From contig JAZNVH010000032.1 in NCBI GenBank assembly GCA_045592745.1, positions 6,914 to 70,913 of the forward strand: 64,000 bases of DNA. Direction: 5' to 3'. The stretch is from Candidatus Aphodoplasma sp. (GTDB lineage Bacteria; Bacillota; Clostridia; UBA1381; UMGS1253). Of the stretch, positions 8,646 through 16,630 are shown piece after piece. Position 1 is the stretch's first letter. Each line of letters starts with the position of its first letter. The position numbers were made by a program, and so were the translations under genes. Under the pieces are notes generated by a model. The model saw only the letters and a list, made by a program, of their open reading frames with translations. It was not told where the DNA came from and did not search any database.

Positions 8646-9560
8646 ATGTTTAACCCATTTAAAAATAACGGAAGAAAAAACCTTAGAAAAATAACATATG
8701 AATCAAGTAGTGCAAATATACTTCATGATGAATCGGAATTTGTAGTCAATGAAGCATACAAAGCCATGAGAACTAACATAATGTTCTCATTTCATGATGA
8801 CAAGGGTTGCAAAATAATCATATGTACAAGTGCTATGCCGGGCGAAGGTAAGACGACTACATGTGTAAATATGGCAATATCGTTTGCCCAGACTGGAAAC
8901 AAAGTTTTGCTTATTGATGGTGATCTTAGAAAGCCGAAGGTAGGAAGCTATCTTGATATTGAAGAGAGCGAAGGTATATCTGATTATCTTGGCGGTTTTG
9001 TAAAAGATTATAACAGCGTGATAAAGCACATTGAAGATAAAGCGCTTGACTGTATCGTGGCAGGAAGTGTTCCGCCAAATCCTGCTGAGCTTCTGGGCTC
9101 GGATATGATGGGGGATTTACTTTCTGAACTTTCGGAAAAATATGATTATATATTTGTGGATGCACCGCCCGTCAATGTGGTTACAGATGCTATTGTGGTT
9201 GCGAGATTTTGTACGGGAGTAATTGTTGTTGTAAAGGAAAACAACACTACACACGATATGCTTAAGAATGCTCTTGGAGTAATTAAGTTTGCAAACATAA
9301 AGATACTTGGGCTTGTTGTAAACGGAAGTGAAGTAAGAAGAAATGGAAAATACCGATATAATAAAAAGTCATATGGTTATGGCTATGGTTATGGCTATGG
9401 TTATGGCTATGGTTACGGCTATGGTTATGGCTATGGTTATGGCGATGAGGATGGTAAGAAGAAAAGAAAAAAAGCTGATGAGATTTCTGAAAAGAAAAAG
9501 ATTGGGGAAGAAAAAGTGCAACAATCAGAACAATTAAAAAAGAAAATGATTAATGAATAA
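8646..9560 (+). CDS. CpsD/CapB-type bacterial tyrosine (BY) autokinase with a (YG)12 tail and a Lys/Glu-rich C-terminal extension
   Basis: Walker A SAMPGEGKTTT, Walker A' LLIDGDLRKP, Walker B IFVDAPP, and a C-terminal Tyr cluster. ATG 8646 lies 8 nt after AAGGAG; TTG 8640 is an alternative start. Confidence 0.85.
   Translation: MFNPFKNNGRKNLRKITYESSSANILHDESEFVVNEAYKAMRTNIMFSFHDDKGCKIIICTSAMPGEGKTTTCVNMAISFAQTGNKVLLIDGDLRKPKVGSYLDIEESEGISDYLGGFVKDYNSVIKHIEDKALDCIVAGSVPPNPAELLGSDMMGDLLSELSEKYDYIFVDAPPVNVVTDAIVVARFCTGVIVVVKENNTTHDMLKNALGVIKFANIKILGLVVNGSEVRRNGKYRYNKKSYGYGYGYGYGYGYGYGYGYGYGYGDEDGKKKRKKADEISEKKKIGEEKVQQSEQLKKKMINE
9372..9443 (+). repeat. perfect 6-bp/12-bp tandem repeat (TATGGT TATGGC)x6 encoding (Tyr-Gly)12
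   Basis: Read directly: 12 consecutive TAY-GGY units with only one TAC variant. Confidence 0.95.
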
Positions 9561-9617
9561 AGTATAATGTTTTCAAACAAAAATGTTATAAATTTTAAAA
9601 AAATATTAAAAAATGTG

Positions 9618-9646
9618 TTGACATTGATTTTTAAAAGTAGTATCAT
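9618..9646 (+). promoter_or_regulatory. consensus sigma-A promoter driving the small peptide gene
   Basis: TTGACA (9618-9623), 17-nt spacer, TATCAT (9641-9646). Confidence 0.65.
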
Positions 9647-9682
9647 ATATGTATGAGTGATGTTGAAAGGAGTGTATTTTTA

Positions 9683-9799
9683 ATGAAGGAATTGTATGAA
9701 AGACCAATGATAGACGAAATTATTTTTGACACAAAGGCTGTAATGAGCGGAGACATCGCTGAAGGTTCTGACCGCGAAATTGAAGAAGAAATAATGTAA
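9683..9799 (+). CDS. 38-aa acidic peptide, candidate RiPP-type (lasso-like) precursor or signalling peptide; unannotated
   Basis: GAAAGGAG RBS 10 nt upstream of ATG 9683. Translation is MKELYERPMIDEIIFDTKAVMSGDIAEGSDREIEEEIM, stop TAA at 9797. It has its own promoter and a downstream hairpin, and falls below the 60-aa cut-off of the ORF track. Confidence 0.55.
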   Translation: MKELYERPMIDEIIFDTKAVMSGDIAEGSDREIEEEIM

Positions 9800-9802
9800 T
9801 AA

Positions 9803-9826
9803 AAAAACAAAAACAAAAACAAAAAC
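9803..9826 (+). repeat. (AAAAAC)x4 microsatellite in the peptide gene 3' UTR
   Basis: Read directly from the sequence, just after the TAATAA stop region. Confidence 0.9.
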
Positions 9827-9832
9827 ACAGAT

Positions 9833-9866
9833 AGGCAGACGGTGTATTTTCCGTTTGCCTATTTAA
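9833..9866 (+). terminator. hairpin (possibly a partial terminator/attenuator) between the peptide gene and the SLH gene
   Basis: AGGCAGACGG-TGTATTTT-CCGTTTGCCT forms a 10-bp stem with one G-U pair. The trailing tract ATTTAA is weak. The SLH gene's ATG is only about 30 nt downstream, with no separate promoter. Confidence 0.5.
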
Positions 9867-9892
9867 CTCTATGAAGAAGGATGGGATGAGGT

Positions 9893-10894
9893 ATGTTAAA
9901 ATTAAAAAAGAGTAAGGTAATAACTTGTGTGTTGGTTATTTGCATGATGATTACAGCTGCATCGGTAAGTGTTTGCGCTGCAGATGCTACGTTTAGCGAT
10001 ATGCCTGATAACTGGGCAACCAATGCTCTTAACAAAGCCGTTGAGAATGGGCTTTTGAATGGCTATGACGGGAAAATTATGCCAGATGATTGCGTAACAC
10101 GCGCTCAGATGGCAGCTATTATGGTACGTTCTTTTGGGGCTTCACAGATGGCTGATATTTCATCATTTGTTGATGTAAGTGTAGATGAGTGGTATTATGC
10201 TGATATGGCAAAATCTGTTGCTATGGGAATTTTTAAAGGTGACGGAGACAGTTTAAATCCTGACAGCAATATTACTCGTGAAGAGGCATTTACTGTTTTG
10301 TCACGTGCGTTTGAACTCGCAGAGGGTGACGAAAATGTTCTTGCCGAGTTTAAGGACAAGGGCGATATTTCAGATTGGGCAGTTCCGTTTGTAGCAGCAA
10401 TTGTTGAAAACGGATATGCAAAAGGCTCTGACGGATATCTTAATCCGAAAAACAACATTACACGTTCTGAATTTGCTGTTCTTATGGATAATATCGTAAA
10501 AATATATATAACAGAACCCGGCACATATGAAAAGTTTGGCGAGGGTAATGTGATGGTACGTGCAAATGGCGTTACAATTTCGGCAGATGTAAAAGGCGAT
10601 TTGATACTTGGATATTCTGTTGAAGAAGGTGGAGTTATACTTTCGGGGGCATCTGTAGAAGGAAGAATTGTTAATAATGCAAATGATGATAAGGTTGTTA
10701 TCGGTACAAGCACTGGCGGAAGTACCGGTGGTGGCGGTAGTACTGGCGGTGGTAGTACTGGCGGTGGTAGCACTGGCGGTGGTAGCACTGGCGGCGGTAG
10801 CACTGGTGGCAGTAATGTAAATGCTGGTGATAATACAAACAGTGGAGTTATTGATAATACAGATGGCGGTATAGAAGATGGCGGCATACTTTGA
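9893..10894 (+). CDS. secreted S-layer-homology (SLH) domain protein with a C-terminal Gly/Ser/Thr linker repeat
   Basis: Signal peptide MLKLKKSKVITCVLVICMMITAASVSVCAA. Three SLH-like repeats are visible (FSDMPDNWA..., FVDVSVDEWY..., FKDKGDISDWA...), followed by a beta-rich segment and (GGGST)n. Confidence 0.8.
   Translation: MLKLKKSKVITCVLVICMMITAASVSVCAADATFSDMPDNWATNALNKAVENGLLNGYDGKIMPDDCVTRAQMAAIMVRSFGASQMADISSFVDVSVDEWYYADMAKSVAMGIFKGDGDSLNPDSNITREEAFTVLSRAFELAEGDENVLAEFKDKGDISDWAVPFVAAIVENGYAKGSDGYLNPKNNITRSEFAVLMDNIVKIYITEPGTYEKFGEGNVMVRANGVTISADVKGDLILGYSVEEGGVILSGASVEGRIVNNANDDKVVIGTSTGGSTGGGGSTGGGSTGGGSTGGGSTGGGSTGGSNVNAGDNTNSGVIDNTDGGIEDGGIL
10709..10813 (+). repeat. 15-bp tandem repeat (AGYACTGGCGGTGGT)x~6-7 encoding an STGGG linker
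   Basis: Read directly. It encodes STGGSTGGGGSTGGGSTGGGSTGGGSTGGGSTGGS. Confidence 0.9.
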
Positions 10895-11615
10895 TGAAAA
10901 AAAGTATACAAAAAAGTTGCGCATAGCAGATTTGAATGTTAAGCTAACCTTTGGTGGCGACAGAGTACTGAAGCAGAGTGTGGATTATATTTATGATTAT
11001 ACAGGCGAGTCTGATATAAAAATAGTTATTGAGAGAGATGTATTTGAACGAGTGCTTGAAAAGAATCCGCATCTTGGTTACGATATGTGTGAATATTTGC
11101 TCACTGGAAGCAGGTTTTATGCGGCGCTTCTTGCTTACTCAGGTTTTATGCTTCATTCTTCAGCAGTTGTATATGAAAACAGAGCATATTTGTTTTCAGC
11201 ACCGTGTGGTACGGGTAAATCGACTCATACATCACTTTGGTGTAAGCGTTTTGGAGATGCAGCTGTGATCTTAAATGATGATAAGCCTGCGATTCGCTTT
11301 GTTGACGGAAAGTTTTATGCATATGGAACACCGTGGAGCGGTAAGACGTCTGCCAATATTAATATGCGTGTGCCACTTGGTGCGATAGCTTTTATTGAAA
11401 GAGCTGAAAAAAATTCCATTGAGCGCCTTGATGTGCAGACTGCGTTTGCAGGCATACTTTCACAGACCTTGCGTATTAAAGATGTACAAAATCTTGACAA
11501 GGTTGTTCCGCTTGTTGAAAGTTTGGTCAAAAATGTGAATGTATACAAGCTCAAATGTAATATGGAGCTTGATGCAGTTGATGTAGCATATAATGCTATG
11601 AGTAAAGATTGTTAA
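10878..11615 (+). CDS. HPr kinase/phosphorylase C-terminal-domain-like P-loop protein (HprK-related kinase family), function unknown
   Basis: The pattern LHSSAVVYENRAYLFSAPCGTGKSTHTSLWCKRFGDAAVILNDDKPAI...GTPWSG matches the HprK-like core (LHaaav..G.sG.GKST....G...l.DD). ATG 10878 overlaps the SLH stop by 17 nt, and the start is uncertain. Confidence 0.6.
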   Translation: MAAYFDEKKYTKKLRIADLNVKLTFGGDRVLKQSVDYIYDYTGESDIKIVIERDVFERVLEKNPHLGYDMCEYLLTGSRFYAALLAYSGFMLHSSAVVYENRAYLFSAPCGTGKSTHTSLWCKRFGDAAVILNDDKPAIRFVDGKFYAYGTPWSGKTSANINMRVPLGAIAFIERAEKNSIERLDVQTAFAGILSQTLRIKDVQNLDKVVPLVESLVKNVNVYKLKCNMELDAVDVAYNAMSKDC

Positions 11616-11633
11616 TTTAAATAATTGATGATA

Positions 11634-11668
11634 AAATCCCTGTTTGGCATTGCCGAACAGGGATTTTT
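11634..11668 (+). terminator. rho-independent terminator after the HprK-like gene
   Basis: AAATCCCTGTTTGGC-ATT-GCCGAACAGGGATTTTT: a 13-15 bp stem followed by a T-tract. Confidence 0.8.
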
Positions 11669-11807
11669 GCGTGTGTTCTATTAAAAAAACAGACAGGTTT
11701 TGCATATAAAATTTGACATGAGGGCTATATTTGTGATATAGTATATATTACCTTTATTATAGATAAAATTCTGTTAAAGATTACTTGGTTTATCGAGGTG
11801 ATATATA

Positions 11808-12722
11808 TTGGACAACATGGAAAACAAAGTATCTGCCAAAGAATATGTATTGTGTAATCTGATTTTGGCGCTGCTTGGTTTAGCAACAATTTTTGTTGGC
11901 ATTTCTGAGATTTCATTATTTATTTTGATGCCGACTGTTTTGACATATATGTTTGTGCGTTTTGATTTAAAGCGTATGATTTTGCCGATAATAATTGTTG
12001 TTGCTTTACCGTCGATTATAAGTGCAGGAATAAATATTGTACCGCTTATGACTATATTGCCGATGTCATTTATGCTTGGGCTTGCAATCAAGAGAAAACA
12101 TAGCCTTTTAAAAACAATATCTTTTGGTGCAATCGGACAGATGATTTCGATATTGCTGGCTTTGATTGTGTTTTATATGAATTCGGGCGATGCGATAGCA
12201 TATCTTAATGATATGATAGATACGGCGATAGCTGATGTGGGTGAGCTTTACACCATTACCGGCGAATATCAGGCGCTTCTTCGTGAGATGTTTGGTATGT
12301 TTTTGCCGTCAATTTTTATATGTATAATGGCGTCTGTTTCGTATCTGGTGTTTTATATAGCCGTTGCGGTTTTGAAAAAAAGAGACAACTCATATATAGG
12401 GGTATACAGACCATTTAGCGAGATTAAGGCTGATAAAACGTGTGCACTTGCAAGTATAATTTGTTTTATAGCAAGTATGTTTACTGACGGAATTGTTGCC
12501 GATGCGCTTGTAAATATTGTTGTAATACTTATGTTTTTTATATTTACATGTGGCGTAAGCAGTATGGCTTTTACAATAAAGCGTATAAAAAACAAGCTCG
12601 GAAAAATCCTTGCGTATATAATATTGGCAGTAATTACGCTTACGGGTTCGTCGCTGTTTGTATTTATTGGTTTGATTGATGCTTTTGTAAATATCAGAAA
12701 AATTGAGAAAAAATCCGAGTGA
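11808..12722 (+). CDS. yybS: YybS-family (DUF2232) polytopic membrane protein
   Basis: 304-aa multi-TM protein directly upstream of gdpP-rplI-dnaB, matching the Bacillus yybS-yybT-rplI-dnaC synteny. Start is TTG 11808 or ATG 11817. Confidence 0.7.
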   Translation: MDNMENKVSAKEYVLCNLILALLGLATIFVGISEISLFILMPTVLTYMFVRFDLKRMILPIIIVVALPSIISAGINIVPLMTILPMSFMLGLAIKRKHSLLKTISFGAIGQMISILLALIVFYMNSGDAIAYLNDMIDTAIADVGELYTITGEYQALLREMFGMFLPSIFICIMASVSYLVFYIAVAVLKKRDNSYIGVYRPFSEIKADKTCALASIICFIASMFTDGIVADALVNIVVILMFFIFTCGVSSMAFTIKRIKNKLGKILAYIILAVITLTGSSLFVFIGLIDAFVNIRKIEKKSE

Positions 12723-12753
12723 TATTCAAAAGCGCAGAAAGGAAATTGTATAA

Positions 12754-14763
12754 ATGAAGAAAAGTAAATGGTATTTTATAAATTTATATCGCGCACTCAG
12801 CGTCGCACAGTGGTGTGTACTTGTATGTGCAATACTGACATTTATCACAGGTCCTGAACAGCTTTGGCTAAGTATTGTCGAGATTGTACTTTTTCTTGTA
12901 TTATTAATTCTTAATATACTTGAGCATAAAAGACGAGAGATGGACATACGAGAGTATGTTCATACGCTTAACAGCCATATGGATACTGCGACGAGAGACT
13001 CTTTGGTTAACTTTCCGTTTCCAATGCTTATAACACACCTTGACGGACGTGTTTCGTGGTACAATCAAAGCTTTGCCCAGATTATTGAAGGTGAGGTTTT
13101 GTTTGAGAGAAATATTACGGAAATTGTCGAGGATCTAAACTGGAGCGATGTGCTTCGTATGCAGGAGGGTATATCGCTTGAGGTTGTGTATCGCAATCGT
13201 CAGTACAGCGTTATGGGCAACATAATAAAGCCTGACCCGAAAAGAGATAATGAGTACTTGATTTTGCTTTACTGGTTTGACAAAACGGAGCTTTCGCAGA
13301 TTAAGACAAGGTATCTTGAAGAGAAGACTGATATGTGCGTCATTATGATTGACAATTATGATGATGTTATGAACAGTATGGAGGAAGCGTCAAAGCCACA
13401 GATGAGCTCGCTTATTGCAAAGTATATTCATGAGTGGATAGGTGATGTAAAGGGTGTTTTAAAAAAGCTTGAGCGTGACAGATATGTATTTATATTTGAG
13501 CACAAATATCTCGAAAAGTTTATTAATGAAAAATTTGAGATTTTAGACCATGTGCGTGAAATAAGCATAGGCAATAAAACACCTGCTACTATCAGTATTG
13601 GTATAGGCTGTGGTGGCGATAATATAGTGACAAATGAAGAATATTCGAGAATGGCTCTTGATATGGCTCTTGGTCGTGGCGGTGATCAGGTTGTTATAAA
13701 AGACGAGGGACAATTCAGGTTCTATGGCGGTAAGACAAAAGAGCACGAAAAGAGCACAAGAGTAAAATCGCGTGTGGTAGCATACGCACTAAAGCAGCTT
13801 ATTACAAGCGAAAAGAATGTTGTGATAATGGGACACAAATCGCCTGATATGGACTCTTTGGGTGCGGCTGTTGGCTTGTCGCGCAGCGTGAAAAATCGTG
13901 GCAAAGACGTGCATATTGTGTGCGGCGAGTGCGGGGAATCTGCCAAAAAGCTTGTTTTAGCTATGCGCTCTGCAAGCGAGGAAAATGCGACCTTATTTGT
14001 ATCTCCCGAAGAAGCGATGCAGCTTGTAAATGAAGATACAGTGCTTATTGTTGTTGATACGCATCGCCCATCGCTCACAGAGAACCCTGAACTTCTTAAA
14101 AAAGCAGGCGAAATTGTACTTATTGACCATCACAGACGAAGCACGGAATTTATTGAAAATTGTTCACTTGTTTATCATGAGCCGTATGCATCGTCTACGA
14201 GTGAAATGGTTACAGAGCTTTTGCAGTACATGGACAATAAGGTTATGCTTACAAAGATTGAGGCAGAAGCAATTTATGCCGGCATTTTTATGGATACAAA
14301 GAACTTTACCTTTAAAACAGGCGTGCGTACGTTTGATGCGGCATCGTTTTTGCGTAAGCACGGTGTTGATACGGTAGAGGTTAAGAAAATGTTCCAAAGC
14401 GATATCGAGCATTATGCAAGCAAGGCACAAATTGTAAGCTGTGCTGAGTTTATTGGTGATAATATTGCGGTTGCGCTTTGCGAGCAGGAAATGAGCGATA
14501 CAATGGTTGTTGTTGCTCAGGCAGCTGATGAGCTTCTTGGAATTGAGGGAGTAGAAGCGTCATTCGTTATTGCTCCGCTTGGTGATGAGATAATTATAAG
14601 CGGCAGATCGTGGGGAGCGGTCAATGTTCAGCTTATACTTGAAAAGCTTGGCGGTGGCGGTCATCTTACTGTTGCGGGAGCACAGCTTAGAGAAATGAGC
14701 ATGGAAGAAGCGCGTGAGCAGCTTTTGTCAGCGCTTGATGAATATATATCAGAGCAAGAATAA
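12754..14763 (+). CDS. gdpP: cyclic-di-AMP phosphodiesterase GdpP (2 TM, PAS-like, degenerate GGDEF, DHH/DHHA1)
   Basis: 669 aa with N-terminal TM helices, DHH motifs ([22 protein letters not shown]) and the DHHA1 motif GGGGH. Synteny with rplI and dnaB supports the call. Confidence 0.9.
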   Translation: MKKSKWYFINLYRALSVAQWCVLVCAILTFITGPEQLWLSIVEIVLFLVLLILNILEHKRREMDIREYVHTLNSHMDTATRDSLVNFPFPMLITHLDGRVSWYNQSFAQIIEGEVLFERNITEIVEDLNWSDVLRMQEGISLEVVYRNRQYSVMGNIIKPDPKRDNEYLILLYWFDKTELSQIKTRYLEEKTDMCVIMIDNYDDVMNSMEEASKPQMSSLIAKYIHEWIGDVKGVLKKLERDRYVFIFEHKYLEKFINEKFEILDHVREISIGNKTPATISIGIGCGGDNIVTNEEYSRMALDMALGRGGDQVVIKDEGQFRFYGGKTKEHEKSTRVKSRVVAYALKQLITSEKNVVIMGHKSPDMDSLGAAVGLSRSVKNRGKDVHIVCGECGESAKKLVLAMRSASEENATLFVSPEEAMQLVNEDTVLIVVDTHRPSLTENPELLKKAGEIVLIDHHRRSTEFIENCSLVYHEPYASSTSEMVTELLQYMDNKVMLTKIEAEAIYAGIFMDTKNFTFKTGVRTFDAASFLRKHGVDTVEVKKMFQSDIEHYASKAQIVSCAEFIGDNIAVALCEQEMSDTMVVVAQAADELLGIEGVEASFVIAPLGDEIIISGRSWGAVNVQLILEKLGGGGHLTVAGAQLREMSMEEAREQLLSALDEYISEQE

Positions 14764-14804
14764 AGACAGTTTACGAATGCATTATATTGAAGGGAGAATT
14801 CGTT

Positions 14805-15251
14805 ATGAAAGTAATTTTACAAGCAGATGTAAAAGGCACAGGAAAAAAAGGTGAGATTAAAGAGGTTTCCGACGGCTATGCGCGTAATTTTTTGTTTCCG
14901 CGCAAGCTTGCAGTAGAGGCAAACAGCGCTAATCTTAATGCTGCAAAGGGACAACAGGAGGCGCAGGCATTCCATAAAGAGCAGGAAAAACAGCAGGCTC
15001 TTGAGCTTAAGGCTAAAATTGACGCGGTAAGTGTATCTCTTAAAGCAAAAGCGGGTGCAGGCGGTAAGCTTTTTGGCTCAATAACGAGCAAGGATGTTTC
15101 TGAGGCTCTTAAAATGCAGCAGCATATCGTTGTTGATAAAAAGAAGTTTAATATGCCTGACGGTATTAAATCTATTGGTACAACACAGGTTGAGGTGCGA
15201 GTATATCCCGAAATTACGGCGAAACTTAAGGTTGTTGTTACTGAGGAGTAA
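14805..15251 (+). CDS. rplI: 50S ribosomal protein L9
   Basis: [36 protein letters not shown] is a canonical L9 N-terminus. ATG 14805 follows GAAGGGAG. Confidence 0.95.
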   Translation: MKVILQADVKGTGKKGEIKEVSDGYARNFLFPRKLAVEANSANLNAAKGQQEAQAFHKEQEKQQALELKAKIDAVSVSLKAKAGAGGKLFGSITSKDVSEALKMQQHIVVDKKKFNMPDGIKSIGTTQVEVRVYPEITAKLKVVVTEE

Positions 15252-15280
15252 TGTATATCTTGCTAAGGGGAGAATGAAAG

Positions 15281-16630
15281 ATGGATTTGGCGGGAAGAAC
15301 AATGCCATACAGTGTCGAGGCTGAACAGTCGGTGCTCGGCGGCGTGCTTATTGACCACAACTGCATGGCAGCGGTAAGTGAACTTATAAGTGAAGATGAT
15401 TTTTATTTTGAGCATAATAAGGCTATTTTTTCAGTTATGCTTGAGCTTTTTAATACAAATAGAGCTATTGATATTGTAACAGTGTCTGATGCGCTTTCGG
15501 GTCAGAGCAAACTTGATGCGGTAGGTGGCATATCCTACTTATCAAATATTGCGGCGTCCGTTCCGACTACGGCAAATATTACCCAGTATGCAAATATTGT
15601 AGCGCAAAAGGCTCTTTTGCGCCGCCTTATTGATGCGGGTAACTCGATTGTTAATATGGGTTATGATGCATCGGAAGAACCTGAAACGATTTTGGAAAAG
15701 TCTGAAAAACAGATTTTTGATATACTTCAGGGTAAGGATTCGCGCAGCGTGGTTCGTATAAATGAGCTTTTGGGCGAAACCTTTAAAATGATGCAGGATA
15801 TGGCGGCAAAAAAAGGCAAGGTTACAGGTGTGCCCACAGGTTTTGGATACCTTGACCAGATGACGTCGGGGCTTCAGAAAAGTGATTTGATTCTGATTGC
15901 GGCGCGTCCTGCTATGGGTAAAACGAGTTTCGCGTTAAATATTGCGCAAAATGCTGCCATTAAAGCAAACGTTACGACGGCAATATTTAATCTTGAAATG
16001 TCAAAAGAACAGCTTGCGAGCAGAATTATATGTTCGGAGTCTGCGGTAAGTGTCGGAAAACTCCGTGACGGCACTATTGATGCAAACGATTGGGCAAGCA
16101 TTGGTGAAAATATGCAGCGCCTTGCAAAAGCACCGATTTTTATTGATGATTCTTCATCTGTAACAGTATCGGAAATCCGCGCAAAATGCCGTAGATTAAA
16201 ACAGCAACACAATCTTGGGCTTGTAATTATAGATTATTTGCAGCTTATGCAGGGCACGGGCAAAAACAAGGGCGAAAACCGTCAGCAAGAGGTTTCGGAA
16301 ATATCGCGTTCACTTAAAATTCTTGCAAAGGAAATACAGGTGCCGATTATAACGCTTTCGCAGCTTTCGCGCGGACCTGAGAGCAGAACAAATAAGCGTC
16401 CGATGCTTTCTGACCTTCGTGAATCGGGTGCGATTGAGCAGGATGCTGATATTGTAATGTTTTTGTATCGTGATGAATATTACAATCCTGATTCACCTGA
16501 TAAAAATGTTGCAGAGTGTATCGTAGCAAAGCACCGTAATGGTGAAACGGGCACGATTAAGTTTTGGTGGGACGGTGCACATACGCGCTTTTTACATATG
16601 GATAAACAGCAGAGTAACGAGGAAGTATAA
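15281..16630 (+). CDS. dnaB: replicative DNA helicase (DnaB family; DnaC in Bacillus nomenclature)
   Basis: SVEAEQSVLGGVLID at the N-terminus, Walker A ARPAMGKTSFALNIA, IIDYLQLM and SQLSRGPE. Confidence 0.95.
   Translation: MDLAGRTMPYSVEAEQSVLGGVLIDHNCMAAVSELISEDDFYFEHNKAIFSVMLELFNTNRAIDIVTVSDALSGQSKLDAVGGISYLSNIAASVPTTANITQYANIVAQKALLRRLIDAGNSIVNMGYDASEEPETILEKSEKQIFDILQGKDSRSVVRINELLGETFKMMQDMAAKKGKVTGVPTGFGYLDQMTSGLQKSDLILIAARPAMGKTSFALNIAQNAAIKANVTTAIFNLEMSKEQLASRIICSESAVSVGKLRDGTIDANDWASIGENMQRLAKAPIFIDDSSSVTVSEIRAKCRRLKQQHNLGLVIIDYLQLMQGTGKNKGENRQQEVSEISRSLKILAKEIQVPIITLSQLSRGPESRTNKRPMLSDLRESGAIEQDADIVMFLYRDEYYNPDSPDKNVAECIVAKHRNGETGTIKFWWDGAHTRFLHMDKQQSNEEV

Noticed and set aside
9343-9537. 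ORF encoding MAMVMAMV... repeats (64 aa, + strand)
   Set aside because: This is an alternative reading frame of the (TATGGT TATGGC) repeat inside the BY-kinase gene. It has no RBS, and the kinase frame is clearly the real one.
9372-10813. Possible CRISPR array suggested by short direct repeats
   Set aside because: The repeat periods are 6/12 bp and 15 bp with no spacers, both lie inside coding regions, and there are no cas genes. They are coding microsatellites, not CRISPR.
10195-10924. Two long minus-strand ORFs (238 aa Pro-rich, 184 aa) opposite the SLH gene
   Set aside because: These are antisense shadows. The Pro-rich PPVL repeats are simply the reverse complement of the GGST-coding repeat. 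The + strand product has a signal peptide and SLH motifs.
9618-11668. A complete lasso-peptide biosynthetic gene cluster
   Set aside because: The window has no asparagine-synthetase-like cyclase, PqqD-like RRE, transglutaminase-like leader protease or dedicated ABC exporter. Only the precursor-like peptide and a kinase-like protein are present, so I report a hypothesis rather than a cluster call.
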